Positions 1-8,112 of a stretch of 14,193 bases of DNA are shown piece after piece. Origin of the DNA: an uncultured Nitrososphaeraceae archaeon (GTDB taxonomy: Archaea; Thermoproteota; Nitrososphaeria; Nitrososphaerales; Nitrososphaeraceae). A program made the translations under genes and the position numbers. Positions within the stretch are counted from its first letter, which is position 1, and each line of letters opens with the position of its first letter. The notes under the pieces are model-generated. The model saw nothing but the letters and a program-made list of their open reading frames with translations. It made no database searches and was not told the origin of the DNA. The stretch lies in the NCBI GenBank assembly GCA_963837175.1, contig CAWIMJ010000031.1, forward strand, positions 1-14,193, written 5' to 3'.

Positions 1-399
1 AAAGAAAATGTCAAAGCCGTGTTAGCAAAAAATAAACAAATGATATCAGTGTAATTTGAAGCATTAATTCAATAGCTAAAAGCTAATCCACAAATGGGTA
101 ATTTAATTTACAATCTATCCAGCACGAATAATAACGAACAGAAAGGTAATAACATCAATACTATTAAGTACCTTGAATTTAATAAGAATAGCATATTAGA
201 TTTGGATGAAAAGAATTACAAAAACCCTTGTTGAGGTATTGACAAATAAAGCTTTAGACACTGCCGCTTCTTCTTCCAATCCCGTATTATCATTGCCGGA
301 GTCTCATCTACATTTCTAAATATATCGAATGAAAGTGATATCTACAGAATAGAAGAGTCAGAAAGCTTTCATAACAGTATAGATGATATTGCTGAATGA
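1..399 (+). pseudogene. 3' remnant of a hypothetical protein gene (runs off the window start)
   Basis: Frame 1 reads KENVKAVLAKNKQMISV*FEALIQ*LKANPQM...KYLEFNKNSILDLDEKNYKN with stops at 52-54 and 73-75. It continues in frame 2 from ~227 (LVEVLTNKALDTAASSSNPVLSLPE) and returns to frame 1 at ~301 (SSTFLNISNESDIYRIEESESFHNSIDDIAE*, TGA 397-399). The protein-like reading is continuous across two stops and two shifts. Resemblance to a Nitrososphaeraceae hypothetical family is from memory only. Confidence 0.5.
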
Positions 400-451
400 T
401 AAATGAACCTTCGTATAATTAGTAGAGAATTTCTTATTAAATTTAATTGAC

Positions 452-470
452 CAGCCAATATTATTGGCTG
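452..470. repeat. Perfect inverted repeat CAGCCAATA-T-TATTGGCTG
   Basis: 9-bp arms at 452-460 and 462-470 with a 1-nt spacer, in the intergenic region upstream of the kinase. Function unknown. Confidence 0.6.
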
Positions 471-655
471 TTTATGGCTAAATTATTTTATCTATGTTTG
501 CTTGTTATTTCAATGAATCAATTACTGTTTGGGCATACTGCAGATATTCTCAATATTTATTTGGAATTGAATTTATTATGGAACATTTCAGTTTAATGTT
601 GACATTGAAATGTATATACAATTATATACCATGTATAATAATTTTATCATTTGCT

Positions 656-1718
656 TTGAGCGTATATGAGAAACTTAAAGTAAAGACAGAAGAACTAGAT
701 TCAAAGACAGAAGAGCTAAACAAAACAAACATGGCTCTTGCAATAGCTAATCAGCAGATTGAATTAAAAATATCAGAGCAAAATGCTTCTAATAAAGCGT
801 TATTTGAATCAAACCATGAGCTTGCAGAAGTCAATAGAGAGATTGCAAAGAATAACAAAAGATTTGCATTAACAAATAAACAATATGCAGAGGCTCAATA
901 GAGAATTGACAGCAGTCAATAAAGAACTATCGTTAGCTTATCATACAATAGAACAACAGAATAAAATTCATAGAGAATTTATCAATATTGCAGCTCATGA
1001 GCTAAGAACACCTATTATGCCAATATTAGGAACAGCAGAGTTATTAAAAAGTGAAATTGAAGAAAATTCTTATTTTAACAGGCAACGTAGTAATAATAAT
1101 AATAATAGCATTCAAATTGAACAAATAAAAAGTAGGATTGAAGTCATTATCAGAAATGCAAAAAGATTAGAAGGGCTTGCAAATAGTATATTAGATGTTT
1201 CAAGAATTGAAAGTCAATCATTGATATTAAATAAAGAGCAGTTTAGCCTAGAAGAATTACTATCAAGTTTAATTAGTGAATATAATGAGAGTCAAGAAGG
1301 GAAGAAGCTGTTGTTTGAGTTCAAAGAACACAGAAGAAGCATAATCGTTAAAGCAGATAAGTATAAGATAGCTCAGGTTGTCTCTAATTTAGTAAACAAT
1401 GCTTTTAAATTTACAAACAAAGAACAAGAAGGAATTATATCTATTAGCTGTCAAAGAAAGGAGGAGAAGGATGGCCATAATAATACTAATGACTGTGTCC
1501 TTGTTCGTGTTAAGGATACAGGCGAAGGAATAGATCAAGAAATATTTCCAAGACTATTCTCAAAGTTCACTACTACTTCCAAGTCCTCTAATGATGGAAT
1601 CGGTCTAGGATTATTTATTTCAAAAGCTATTGTAGAAGCGCATGGTGGCAAGATATGGGCTGAGAATAACTCAGATGGAAAAGGTTCCACCTTTGCATTT
1701 AGTTTACCAATAGATTAA
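656..1718 (+). CDS. Cytoplasmic histidine kinase (heptad coiled coil + HisKA + HATPase_c), split by a +1 frameshift at ~894
   Basis: H-box FINIAAHELRTP, N-box QVVSNLVNNAFKFT, G1 VKDTGEGI, F-box RLFSKF, G2 GIGLGLFISKAIVEAHGG. ORFs 494..901 and 885..1718 fuse if one base of AGGCTCAAT (891-899) is removed, giving AEVNRE, which matches the earlier AEVNRE repeat. The TTG start at 656 is inferred from where coding-like sequence begins and from AT boxes at 611-628. Confidence 0.88.
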
Positions 1719-2026
1719 TGAATAACAAGAAGCTCTCCAGATTTACAAAAATGATATTATATAGATTTCGGAAATATTTATTTTGTCCATACCTCAGTCT
1801 TTGTATTCTGGGAATGTATTTCTATATATAAATAAAATGAACCCTAATTGACAAAATAGGGTCAAATCTGTCATATGCCACCTCATGTAGTCCAACCTGT
1901 CTTTTACATTCCACCGAACTGGATCAACGATTATCATTTTATAGTCATCAAGAATGAGGGCTCAAATATGGCTCATAGTTGTTCAGATGCATTGCAGAAC
2001 GATTGGACTTTTTTAATATTAATTCT

Positions 2027-2047
2027 GTTCTGAATCCGACCCGGCCA
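2027..2047 (+). other. Degenerate tRNA 3'-end-like fragment (possible att-site scar)
   Basis: GTTCTGAATCCGACCCGGCCA resembles a T-loop (GTTCGAATC) plus a 3' acceptor strand ending in CCA, followed by TTTT. There is no 5' tRNA half upstream. Confidence 0.3.
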
Positions 2048-2265
2048 TTTTACACTATATGTATCTTGTCATAATGGCCTAGCTTAATCAAATAAGAAAA
2101 ATCAACAACAGGAAAAAGAATAGATATGGTTTTTTTTGCCTTCAATTCATAATTGATTTCAAACATATTTAATATATTATTTAAATTCTCATGTGTTCAA
2201 AAGTACAGGTTATTGTATGTATGTATGTATCTGTTAAATATTTTATTTGTCTTTATTATATAGAT

Positions 2266-2496
2266 ATGTCATCAACAACATCATCATCAGCTGAGTTAAC
2301 AGATACGGCATATGATATTCTAAAAGTTCTGGGCAAGGATGCAGACTTCCTGTATGATACAATCGAAACTTATATCAAAGATGCACAGAATGCCAATAAA
2401 TCAGATTTGGTACAAATATGGCAAACAATTAAAGAAGAAAGAAAAAGACATATGCATATGCTCAAAGAAGCTTTAGAAAAAGAGATTCACGGGTAA
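2266..2496 (+). CDS. Small two-helix half-ferritin-like protein (76 aa)
   Basis: MSSTTSSSAELTDTAYDILKVLGKDADFLYDTIETYIKDAQNANKSDLVQIWQTIKEERKRHMHMLKEALEKEIHG has a helix-turn-helix with YxxDA and an E..H (EERKRH) variant typical of ferritin-like half domains. ATG 2266 is preferred over 2191 because the extension is AT-rich and non-coding-like. Confidence 0.7.
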   Translation: MSSTTSSSAELTDTAYDILKVLGKDADFLYDTIETYIKDAQNANKSDLVQIWQTIKEERKRHMHMLKEALEKEIHG

Positions 2497-2514
2497 ATCC
2501 TCCCGTGAATATCT
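2481..2514 (+). terminator. Stem-loop spanning the stop codon of the ferritin-like gene
   Basis: ATTCACGGG (2485-2493) pairs with CCCGTGAAT (2502-2510) around an 8-nt loop containing the TAA stop. AGA/TCT extends the stem after one mismatch. No strong T-tract follows directly. Confidence 0.45.
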
Positions 2515-2712
2515 AATATCATGTCAAACTTGTTTGTTAGTGATTGGCTGCAAATTATATATTATATTGTTGATAACAGTTCACAAACGACCTGACCCAT
2601 TGAACCGTTTTTACATAACAACCAAATAGAAACAAAACCCGCTTACCAGCCAGTAATCTATTGAATCATTTACAGAAGACTAAAGCTTTAGAGTCAGATC
2701 TTAGCTGTATGA

Positions 2713-2823
2713 AAAGAACAAACAATCGCCATATTGACTAAAGGAAATTTATCAAACACTGATGCCATAACCACTTTATCAGATCAAGTATCTAAATTAA
2801 TGCACGAAATAGAGGCTGTATAA
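2713..2823 (+). pseudogene. Short coding remnant resembling the C-terminal coiled tail of thaumarchaeal tyrosine integrases
   Basis: Frame 1 reads KEQTIAILTKGNLSNTDAITTLSDQVSKLMHEIEAV*, preceded by TGA at 2710. The NTDAIxTLSDQVxKLMxEIE pattern is recalled from Nitrososphaeraceae integrase C-termini and is unverified. No catalytic residues are visible. Confidence 0.3.
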
Positions 2824-2883
2824 ACAATAAAATCTCCTCTACTTATTAGGTATATTGTCATAGAGATCTATAGTGTATAAGAT

Positions 2884-4122
2884 ATGAAAAGGTCTAGCCA
2901 GTTCAACTTGACAAAAGAATCTATAGTATTGTTTACTTTTGGACTAATGTTCATTCTTTATTCTGCTCTTACAGGTGACTATTACGCTACTTTACATGTA
3001 CAAGCACAACTATCGCAACAGCAACAACAACAAGAACAACAAAACTCCACAGTATCAGATGTTATGTCGGCAAAGGAGGAGCAGGGAGGAGATTCTCTTT
3101 CTCTTAATAGCATATTCAAACAGGTAGAGAATTCTGTAGTTCAGATAACAAGGAAAGTTCCTCCACCTAGCAGCATATTACCACCAAGTCCAGAATCAGA
3201 AAATGCTACTGCATTAGGATCTGGATTTGTTTATGATAATAAAGGACACATAATTACTAACAACCATGTAGTAGGTAATGCTAAAATAGTTGATATAACA
3301 TTAGTAGATGGAAATAGATATACTGCAAATGTAACAGGAACTGATATTTTTAATGATATAGCAGTTATTGAGATTGTTGGGAATCTTACTCAACCTCCTC
3401 CTGCGCTTAAGCCTCTTATAATTGGAAACTCTTCTGCACTTGAAGTTGGAGAGCAGGTAATAGCTATTGGCAATCCGTTTGGTCTTGTAGGAACAATGAC
3501 TACTGGTATAGTAAGCCAAACGGGCCAAATGATAGAAGACCAAGAGACTGGATTTTCCATACCAAATGCAATTCAGACCGATGCTCTAATCAATCCTGGA
3601 AATTCTGGTGGACCCTTGTTAAATATGAATGGACAAGTTATTGGAATTAATACAGCTGGCTTATCAGGGATAGGACTTGCTATTCCATCTAATGCTATAA
3701 CACGCATAGTCCCTGCATTAATTGAAAAGGGAAATTATACTCATCCATGGCTTGGTCTTACTGCTGCCACATTAACTTCAGATTTAGCAGAGAGTGTTAA
3801 AGGTTTAGAAAGAAATTTCAAAGGAGTATTAGTAGATTCAATTGTAAAGGATGGCCCTGCTGATAAAGTAGGACTAAATGGAAGCAGTACAGATCAATAT
3901 GGTAAAAAACATGGTGGGGATATAATAACAGCTGTTGATGGACATAATGTTATAAAAATAGAAGATTTTATCTCCTATCTTGAGGAGCAAAAGAAAGTTG
4001 GTGATAAAATAACCTTGACTATATATAGGAATGGACAGTTCCTAGATTTAGAGATAATCCTTCAAGAGCGTCCTTCTCCACTTCTGTATTTGACAGAGAT
4101 GCCTTCTTCTCCAGTTCCATAA
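2884..4122 (+). CDS. htrA: HtrA/DegP-family trypsin-like serine protease with C-terminal PDZ domain, N-terminally anchored or secreted
   Basis: Motifs GSGF, ITNNHVV (His), DIAVI (Asp), IAIGNPFG, IQTDALINPGNSGGPLLN (Ser) and PDZ HPWLGL...GPADKVGL...GGDIITAVDG. Hydrophobic segment IVLFTFGLMFILYSAL followed by a Gln-rich linker. Confidence 0.96.
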   Translation: MKRSSQFNLTKESIVLFTFGLMFILYSALTGDYYATLHVQAQLSQQQQQQEQQNSTVSDVMSAKEEQGGDSLSLNSIFKQVENSVVQITRKVPPPSSILPPSPESENATALGSGFVYDNKGHIITNNHVVGNAKIVDITLVDGNRYTANVTGTDIFNDIAVIEIVGNLTQPPPALKPLIIGNSSALEVGEQVIAIGNPFGLVGTMTTGIVSQTGQMIEDQETGFSIPNAIQTDALINPGNSGGPLLNMNGQVIGINTAGLSGIGLAIPSNAITRIVPALIEKGNYTHPWLGLTAATLTSDLAESVKGLERNFKGVLVDSIVKDGPADKVGLNGSSTDQYGKKHGGDIITAVDGHNVIKIEDFISYLEEQKKVGDKITLTIYRNGQFLDLEIILQERPSPLLYLTEMPSSPVP

Positions 4123-4275
4123 TTTCTATTTATTCTATATTATATATACTGAGCACACGTTTTAAATACTTCTATTCCCGTAGCTTAACCTCTGAAAAAG
4201 TGTAAAGAAAATTAAACATCGGTCAGATGCACAACTCGTAAATTCTGTTTTTTGGCAGGAAGAGGAGTACCTGAA

Positions 4276-4814
4276 ATGCCGCATGTAGACGGAGATGATG
4301 ATGGCGTAGGATATGGTATATTTGGCCACAGCCCCAGCGGCCACTGTGAGAGGGGGTTAACCGGAAATGCAGTGTTTAACCCCGATGGCAATCCCAACGA
4401 CATTACCGACGTAGGTGTGTTTGGCAAAAGCGACGACGGAACGGGTATGCATGGCAACAGCAATACGGGTGTCAGCTTGGGTGGCATCTGTCACAACACA
4501 AGCGGCAAAGGTGTACGTGGCCTCAGCAATGAAGGCACAGGTGTGCATGGCAGGAGCGAAATCGGCAGAGGTGTGGAAGGTTTGAGCGATTCCGATTTTG
4601 GTGTTAACGGAAACAGCATTAATTTCATAGGTGTGTATGGAGAGGCAGGGAAGAGGGGAAAGAATATCCAAGTGATAACCGGCCAGTAGGTGTATTAGGT
4701 ATCATCCTAGGCCAAAACGCGATATGTGTGGCTGGCACCGCCCACTGCAGCGGCTATGCTACGTTATCACTTTTATTACTCCCTGTTAGCCTCTGTTTCA
4801 AATTGTTACCATGA
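4276..4814 (+). pseudogene. GC-rich foreign gene fragment encoding Gly-rich GVxGxS decapeptide repeats, frameshifted at ~4650
   Basis: GAGGAG at 4262-4267 precedes ATG 4276. Repeats: GVFGKSDDGT, GMHGNSNTGV, GVRGLSNEGT, GVHGRSEIGR, GVEGLSDSDF, GVNGNSINFI, GVYGEAG. The pattern resumes in frame 3 (EYPSDNRPVGVLGIILGQNAICVAGTAH). Line 4381-4440 is 33/60 G+C versus 17/60 for htrA line 3241-3300. Confidence 0.6.
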
Positions 4815-4899
4815 TTCTACATTATATCGTGTTATTTCTTACAAGTTGATTTTAGGCAGCCTATATGTTTCTTGTTAACCATCTATATAGTATAAACTT

Positions 4900-5497
4900 A
4901 TGAAAAGTAAGAAATCTGACAATAATAATAGTACAAAAAAGAAATAGAACCTCTAAGGCACATAGAGACAATGCTATTAGTACCAGGAAAGCGGTAAAAA
5001 GAAGACCCAGAGTTGGCAAAACACAACCTTTAGAAAAGGATCAGCAGCAGCAAATAACTGTTAGAAGATCAAGTGGCCGCAAGGAAAAATTTGACACAAA
5101 TCGTATGGCACAAACTGTAAGTAGGTCAGGAGTTCCATTTTTGATGGCAAGGGATATTGCAAAAAAAGTTTCAGGTAAAATAAAACAGGAAGCTCATAAC
5201 CAACAAAGCAAAGGTAAGGATAATAATAATAATAATAGCAATAATGGTAATAAATCAAATGCTACACAACTAAAAGAAAAAACTGTAACTGGAAGTAGGG
5301 TGAGAAAGTTGGTAGCAAGTGAATTACGTGATAGAAACCGAAGCGATATCGCCTCATCTTATTCTGGTCAAGTTCCAGAAAATACATTACAAGAGCAAAA
5401 TCTAAAAGATCAACAACCTTTCACAGATACTGTTGCTGCAAACATGAATAGAGTATTGCACGACACGAGCAAAAGGGGAGGGGGAATAATGACATGA
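4900..5497 (+). CDS. Stand-alone ATP-cone domain protein, with +1 frameshift in the A6 run at 4935-4940
   Basis: Frame 2 is open from 4904. Upstream of ATG 5105 it reads ITVRRSSGRKEKFDTNRM, then AQTVSRSG...MARDIAKKVSGKI...VTGSRVRKLVASELRDRNRSDIASSY, matching the ATP-cone pattern VxKRxGxxExFDxxKI. ATG 4900 (MKSKKSDNNNSTK) joins this frame if one A is removed. Confidence 0.75.
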
Positions 5498-5777
5498 GTT
5501 TAAGAGAAAGAACGCGAACGATGAGAGAATAGAATAGAATAAAATTAACGAGACAATCATTTACTTTTTTCTGATATATGAGACTATTGCAGATAATAAA
5601 AAGAGTTTATATTTGGAAAAAGTTGGTCTCTCTTGTGTTTATAATAGAATTTTAATTTAGAAGTGGTGGCACACACACAACAGTTGCCGCTGACGTTACT
5701 AGAACCCGTCTATATTCGTCGAAGTAGTACCATCGGATCCTTAAATCTTCTAATGCTAATCAGGCCGATTATTGGGT

Positions 5778-5927
5778 TTAACTATGGCATAGATCATAAA
5801 TACCCAAACACTGTTCACAATAATATTTTTCCTGTGAAGTACGGATAATTTTGACATGCTTATTTGGTCTCCAGCAGCTGTTACATCTCAGTACAAAATC
5901 ATTAATGGCTGAATCCCATTCCTCCAT
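5778..5927 (-). CDS. 49-aa putative zinc-finger microprotein (CxxC-x18-CxxC), not in the ORF track
   Basis: Minus strand reads MEEWDSAINDFVLRCNSCWRPNKHVKIIRTSQEKYYCEQCLGIYDLCHS*. It has two CxxC knuckles and a TTTATATA box 28-35 nt upstream. Confidence 0.65.
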   Translation of the reverse strand: MEEWDSAINDFVLRCNSCWRPNKHVKIIRTSQEKYYCEQCLGIYDLCHS

Positions 5928-5954
5928 AGATCTCTAGTATTATTTGCTCAGACA

Positions 5955-5962
5955 TATATAAA
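5955..5962 (-). promoter_or_regulatory. Archaeal TATA box for the microprotein gene
   Basis: TTTATATA on the minus strand at a spacing consistent with a leaderless or short-leader transcript starting near 5927. Confidence 0.45.
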
Positions 5963-6172
5963 TGAAAAATGCAATATTCAATTGCATATACAATAATCTG
6001 GGTGGCATATTTGAGTCAAATTTGTTGCACATTCCACCGGACCATGACCAAATAGTCTTGACCTATAACCTGAATACATATTACTGCTTGTACTTATTTT
6101 ATAGAAACTATAGGTACTGGTATCTCATGAATACACAAAAACATTCTATAACATAATGATTCATATTCATCT

Positions 6173-6598
6173 GTGGTAAAAGTTCTTTCTCATGTAATGA
6201 GAAATATCAATGAGTTTAACATACCTGCGGGAGATACACATGGGTATGAGATATTGTATTTTGGCGTAAACTTGATACTTATGTTTGATTATAGATTGTC
6301 GTTTGATATACAAGTAAAGAATTCAGATGGTGACAAAATAGGAGTTTTTATAATTAGTAGAAAAGATACTCTAGCCTGGAAAAGTAATGGTAGTAATCAG
6401 GATGTAAAGTTGCTTTATAGTAATAGTGGAGAAAGAATTAATGATATCTTTAAACCTTTAACAAGTGATGCATATGCTTTTATTTTAAGCAATAGATCCT
6501 CTTCTATGAATAACAACTCTGAGACAAAAACAGTTGAAGTTACTCTTATCCATACTTGGCAACAGGAAATAAAAGAATCACAATTAAAAAATATGTAA
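6173..6598 (+). CDS. Hypothetical beta-sandwich protein (possibly GOLD/emp24-like)
   Basis: 141-aa ORF with alternating beta-strand patterns. The C-terminal FKP...AYAFILSNRSS...KTVEVTL resembles the Y-x-F-x-x-x-N-x-x-S...K-x-V end of GOLD-like domains. The start codon is uncertain (GTG 6173 or ATG 6197). Confidence 0.55.
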   Translation: MVKVLSHVMRNINEFNIPAGDTHGYEILYFGVNLILMFDYRLSFDIQVKNSDGDKIGVFIISRKDTLAWKSNGSNQDVKLLYSNSGERINDIFKPLTSDAYAFILSNRSSSMNNNSETKTVEVTLIHTWQQEIKESQLKNM

Positions 6599-6756
6599 AT
6601 AATGGGTTATCAAATGTATGAACGATACGAACACGAGTTGTAAAAAATAGCACAATCTACAATGGATAAGACGCATGGTCTAATACTAAACCTTGGATCT
6701 AATGGTATAATAGGTGATGGTGGTGTTTATTACAGCGAGCAAGATTTTTGTACTAA

Positions 6757-7038
6757 CTAGCTACGAGTTTCAAAACTACAAGATTTCATATGCAGACGAC
6801 TCTGAACACCCATTGTTTCATGAAAATGAATATTTTTACAACGTCTTTGTTCTGAGAGAAAATCCTCAATTCTACCAGAATACTTCACTATGCTATCATG
6901 TTTGAGTAAGTCTAGCTGTACATATTCACTTACATTTGCAGCATGTCCTGAGTCATAATCAATCTCCCATAGCTCAGATTCATCATCATTTAAAATCACA
7001 TACTCTAAGCCATGTTCTTTTGTCTTTTCCTTGACCAT
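6757..7038 (-). CDS. Hypothetical protein, possibly a fragment of a larger gene
   Basis: Acidic, protein-like reading (EHGLEYVILNDDESELWEIDYDSGH...). The frame is open upstream to 7068 (ITEYDYEQYT), directly behind the SDR stop. The C-terminal third looks less protein-like. Confidence 0.4.
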   Translation of the reverse strand: MVKEKTKEHGLEYVILNDDESELWEIDYDSGHAANVSEYVQLDLLKHDSIVKYSGRIEDFLSEQRRCKNIHFHETMGVQSRLHMKSCSFETRS

Positions 7039-7074
7039 CGTATATTGTTCATAATCATATTCTGTTATTTACTG

Positions 7075-7892
7075 TTAGTACCTACCATGATGCCGCTCTT
7101 CATGTTTTGGACTTAATGCAAAGCTAGGATACAAAGTCATACCACCATCTACAAAGAATGTGGTACCTGTTACATAGCTTGCCTTATCTGAAGCTAAGAA
7201 TTCAACTACATTAGCTACTTCTTCTGCTCTCCCAACTCTTCCCAAAGGTATCTGTTTGAGAACATTTTCTAATTCTCTTTTATCCTTTTTAAGATCTTCG
7301 TTCATATCAGTATCTATAGCTCCTGGAGCAACAATATTTGCTCGGATATTGTCTTTAGCCAATTCTAATGCCATAGTCCTCGTCATCATCTCTATTCCTG
7401 CTTTGGATGTGGCATATGGAATGTAATGAGGTTTGGGTATTGTTTGATGAACAGATGAAATATTTATGATACAGCCACCTTTGGGGTTCTTCTGCCTTTT
7501 CATAAATTTTACAGCTTCTCTGCTACAGATAAAGGGTCCTGTAAGGTCAACTCCTATTATCTTGTACCATTCTTCCAAATTTGTTTCTGTTAAGGGCAAA
7601 TCTTCTTGAACTCTGGCACTATTTACCAATACATCTATTCTTCCAAAATGGTTGTTAGTTTCTTCAATTAATCGAATACAATCACTTTCCTTTGAAATGT
7701 CAGCCTCAACAGCTATTGAATCAGGTACCTATTACCAGAAAACTTTATCTCCTCTGAAACTCTCTGAGCTTCTTCTTGCCTTCGTGAGTTTGTTACTATG
7801 CCAGAGTAGTCGTTTGATTTTGCAAATGCTATTGCTATTGCTTTTCCAATTCCTTTACTCAATCCTGTAACAGCTGCAATTTTCCTTGTCAT
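7075..7892 (-). pseudogene. gdh: Glucose 1-dehydrogenase-like short-chain dehydrogenase/reductase, frameshifted at ~7725-7730
   Basis: ATG 7892 gives MTRKIAAVTGLSKGIGKAIA (TGxxxGIG). After one shift it reads DSIAVEADISK...FGRIDVLVNSAR...INISSVH...YATSK (YxxxK)...VAPGAIDT...YVTGTTFFVDGGMTLYPSF, whose C-terminus is close to Bacillus Gdh. The span of 818 nt is one base short. The NNAG motif is altered to NSAR. Confidence 0.85.
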
Positions 7893-8112
7893 TTGGTGCT
7901 TGTCACCATATATTCTTATTCTTCTTACATATCATATCTAACTTTTAGTAGCCAGTAAACCATTCTACTTTTATGTTCTCTTTTGTAATTTAGAGTTCAT
8001 TCTAAATCAAGTTTTCCATCGCTTTAAATATACTGAGGATATAAAAAATCTTATATGCACTATATTAGAATAGCAAGTAATTTAATACCTTGAACATTTT
8101 TTATTATAGTAC

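Noticed and set aside
494-655. Hydrophobic N-terminal extension of the kinase as a membrane sensor
   Set aside because: The Y/C/F/I-rich reading is what AT-rich non-coding DNA yields, and it contains TATA-like boxes. Coding character begins near 656. Not fully excluded.
4934-4945. A-AAA-AAG slippery heptamer as a programmed -1 frameshift in the ATP-cone gene
   Set aside because: Joining ATG 4900 to the cone needs a +1 shift, not -1. A homopolymer indel is simpler.
3301-5258. Minus-strand ORFs 3301..3543, 4162..4344, 4212..4487, 4357..4671 and 5061..5258
   Set aside because: Antisense shadows of htrA, the GC-rich repeat gene and the ATP-cone gene, with no motifs of their own.
5663-6905. Plus-strand ORFs 5663..5848, 5962..6156 and 6714..6905
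   Set aside because: No recognisable motifs. They overlap better-supported minus-strand ORFs or promoter-like AT-rich DNA.
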